NCBI GenBank assembly: GCA_963823035.1 | Contig: CAWGKG010000018.1 | Span: forward strand, 32,001 to 96,000 | Direction of reading: 5' to 3' | Source: an uncultured Gemmatimonadales bacterium | GTDB taxonomy: Bacteria; Gemmatimonadota; Gemmatimonadetes; Longimicrobiales; Gaopeijiaceae | Length of the DNA stretch: 64,000 nucleotides | In this document: piece by piece, positions 62,831-64,000 of the stretch | Layout of the letters: every line of letters begins with the position of its first letter | How positions within the stretch are numbered: position 1 is the stretch's first letter | Notes under the pieces: model-generated | Seen by the model: only the letters and a program-made list of their open reading frames with translations | Databases searched by the model: none | Told to the model about the DNA's origin: nothing | Position numbers and translations under genes: made by a program

Positions 62831-63742
62831 TCAGCGCACCGGATGCAGGCGCACGAGCGTGAGCGTGCTGACGACGATCACGACCGCGCCCGCGCCCGTC
62901 CACACGTCGGGAACCTCGTGGAAGAGGGCCCACCCCCATCCCGCGGCGAAGACGATCTGCAGGTAGCCGACGGCGGAAGCGCGCCCGGCGCGCTCGAGGC
63001 GGAAGCCCCACGTCACGAAGGTCTGACCGAGGTGCGTGGTCACTCCGACGCCGAGCAGCACGAGCAGCATGGCGGGCGTGGGGAGCGTCGCGTGGGCCGC
63101 GACCATCGGGAAGGAGAGCAGCGTGCACACCGCTGCGAAGTAGAACACGATCAGCATCGGGGGCTCGCCCCGCAGGCGGCGCACGGTCACGTACGCCCCG
63201 GCCGAGAGGATGGCGCCGCACAACCCGACGAGCACCGGAAAGGGATCCAGTCCGCCACCCCCGAAGAGGAACGCGGGCCGGGCCACCAGGAAGACCCCGC
63301 CCAGGCTCGCCGTCACCAGGAGCGCCTCCTCGAGGCCGACGTGCTCCCCGAGGACGGCGGCGGCGATGAACGCCGTGAACACGGGGTTCGTGAAGTGGAT
63401 CACCGTGGCGTCCGCGAGGGGGAGATGGACGACCGCGAAGTAGAAGCAGGTGAGCGCGCCGAAGCCGAGCACCCCCCTGAGGAGGAGGATCCGCGGCTCG
63501 CGTCCACGAAAGCCGCGCCCGTCGTGCAGGAGCTTCCCCCCGGAGAGCACGGCCACGACGATCGAGCGGGCGAACACGATCTCGAAGAGCGGTACACTCC
63601 GGCCCGCGAGCTTCGCGAGCGCGGCCATGAGGGAGAAGAAGAGCGTGCTGAGCGCCATGGCCTGCAGGCCCGGCGGCATCAGCGTGAACGGCGCGGCGAT
63701 CCCGGGCCACGGGATCTGCGGCGGGTCAGCTCCCTCGCTCAA
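62831..63742 (-). CDS. DMT/EamA family transporter
   Basis: About 10 TMs; LLLRGVLG, LPLADATVI, P.FTAFIAA..LGE. Confidence 0.92.
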   Translation of the reverse strand: MSEGADPPQIPWPGIAAPFTLMPPGLQAMALSTLFFSLMAALAKLAGRSVPLFEIVFARSIVVAVLSGGKLLHDGRGFRGREPRILLLRGVLGFGALTCFYFAVVHLPLADATVIHFTNPVFTAFIAAAVLGEHVGLEEALLVTASLGGVFLVARPAFLFGGGGLDPFPVLVGLCGAILSAGAYVTVRRLRGEPPMLIVFYFAAVCTLLSFPMVAAHATLPTPAMLLVLLGVGVTTHLGQTFVTWGFRLERAGRASAVGYLQIVFAAGWGWALFHEVPDVWTGAGAVVIVVSTLTLVRLHPVR

Positions 63743-64000
63743 CCGTCGCCTTCAGGATGCGGTCCCCCACCAGGAGCCGGTCCACCGCGTCCATGCCGTC
63801 CACCACCCACCCGAACGCCGTGTAGGCGCCGTCCAGGTGCGGTTGCATCGAGTGGGTGATGAAGAACTGCGAACCCTCCGTGTCCTTCCCCGCGGAGGCC
63901 ATCCCGATCACGCCTCGCAGGTAGCGGATGAGCGTGAACTCGCTCCGGATCGTAAAGCCCGGACCGCCATAGCCATCGCCCGAAGCGAAATCCCCGCCCT
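63726..64000 (-). CDS. Cyclophilin-type peptidyl-prolyl isomerase, C-terminal part (runs off the window)
   Basis: GGPGFTIRSE, GMASAGKDTEGSQFFITH, HLDGAYTAFG. Confidence 0.9.
   Translation of the reverse strand, partial: GGDFASGDGYGGPGFTIRSEFTLIRYLRGVIGMASAGKDTEGSQFFITHSMQPHLDGAYTAFGWVVDGMDAVDRLLVGDRILKATVERGS

Overview
Very GC-rich bacterial chromosomal DNA. The gene content and order suggest Gemmatimonadota, which is an inference. Most genes lie on the minus strand. Contents: thrS; groES-groEL with a perfect CIRCE; a long housekeeping run (secD-secF-tatD-mutL-miaA-bshA-uppP-nadC-birA-coaX plus an atypical class-I isoprenoid-synthase-fold gene); a REC-GGDEF diguanylate cyclase coupled to a PilB/GspE-type ATPase with a C-terminal REC domain; an ECF sigma / anti-sigma / two HEAT-repeat module; a sigma54-type two-component system with a TolC-MFP-ABC-duplicated-permease exporter interrupted by an opposite-strand TonB-dependent receptor; several peptidases; murB; rmlC; a MATE pump; and a TetR-TolC-MFP-RND efflux operon. 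About 13 genes, including secD, secF and murB, carry single-base frameshifts that look like long-read indel errors. No rRNA, tRNA, CRISPR array or transposase was seen. The best finding is missing from the ORF track: a promoter, a 25-aa Thr-rich leader peptide (MSARRTTDTTTTTGRTTGPGDVHVG), an antiterminator and a terminator upstream of thrS, which together look like ribosome-mediated attenuation of ThrRS. Also notable are a promoter-bounded structured RNA ending in a terminator at the left edge, and three copies of a 28-30 bp-stem palindromic element with compensatory changes. All calls come from reading motifs by eye; no searches were run.
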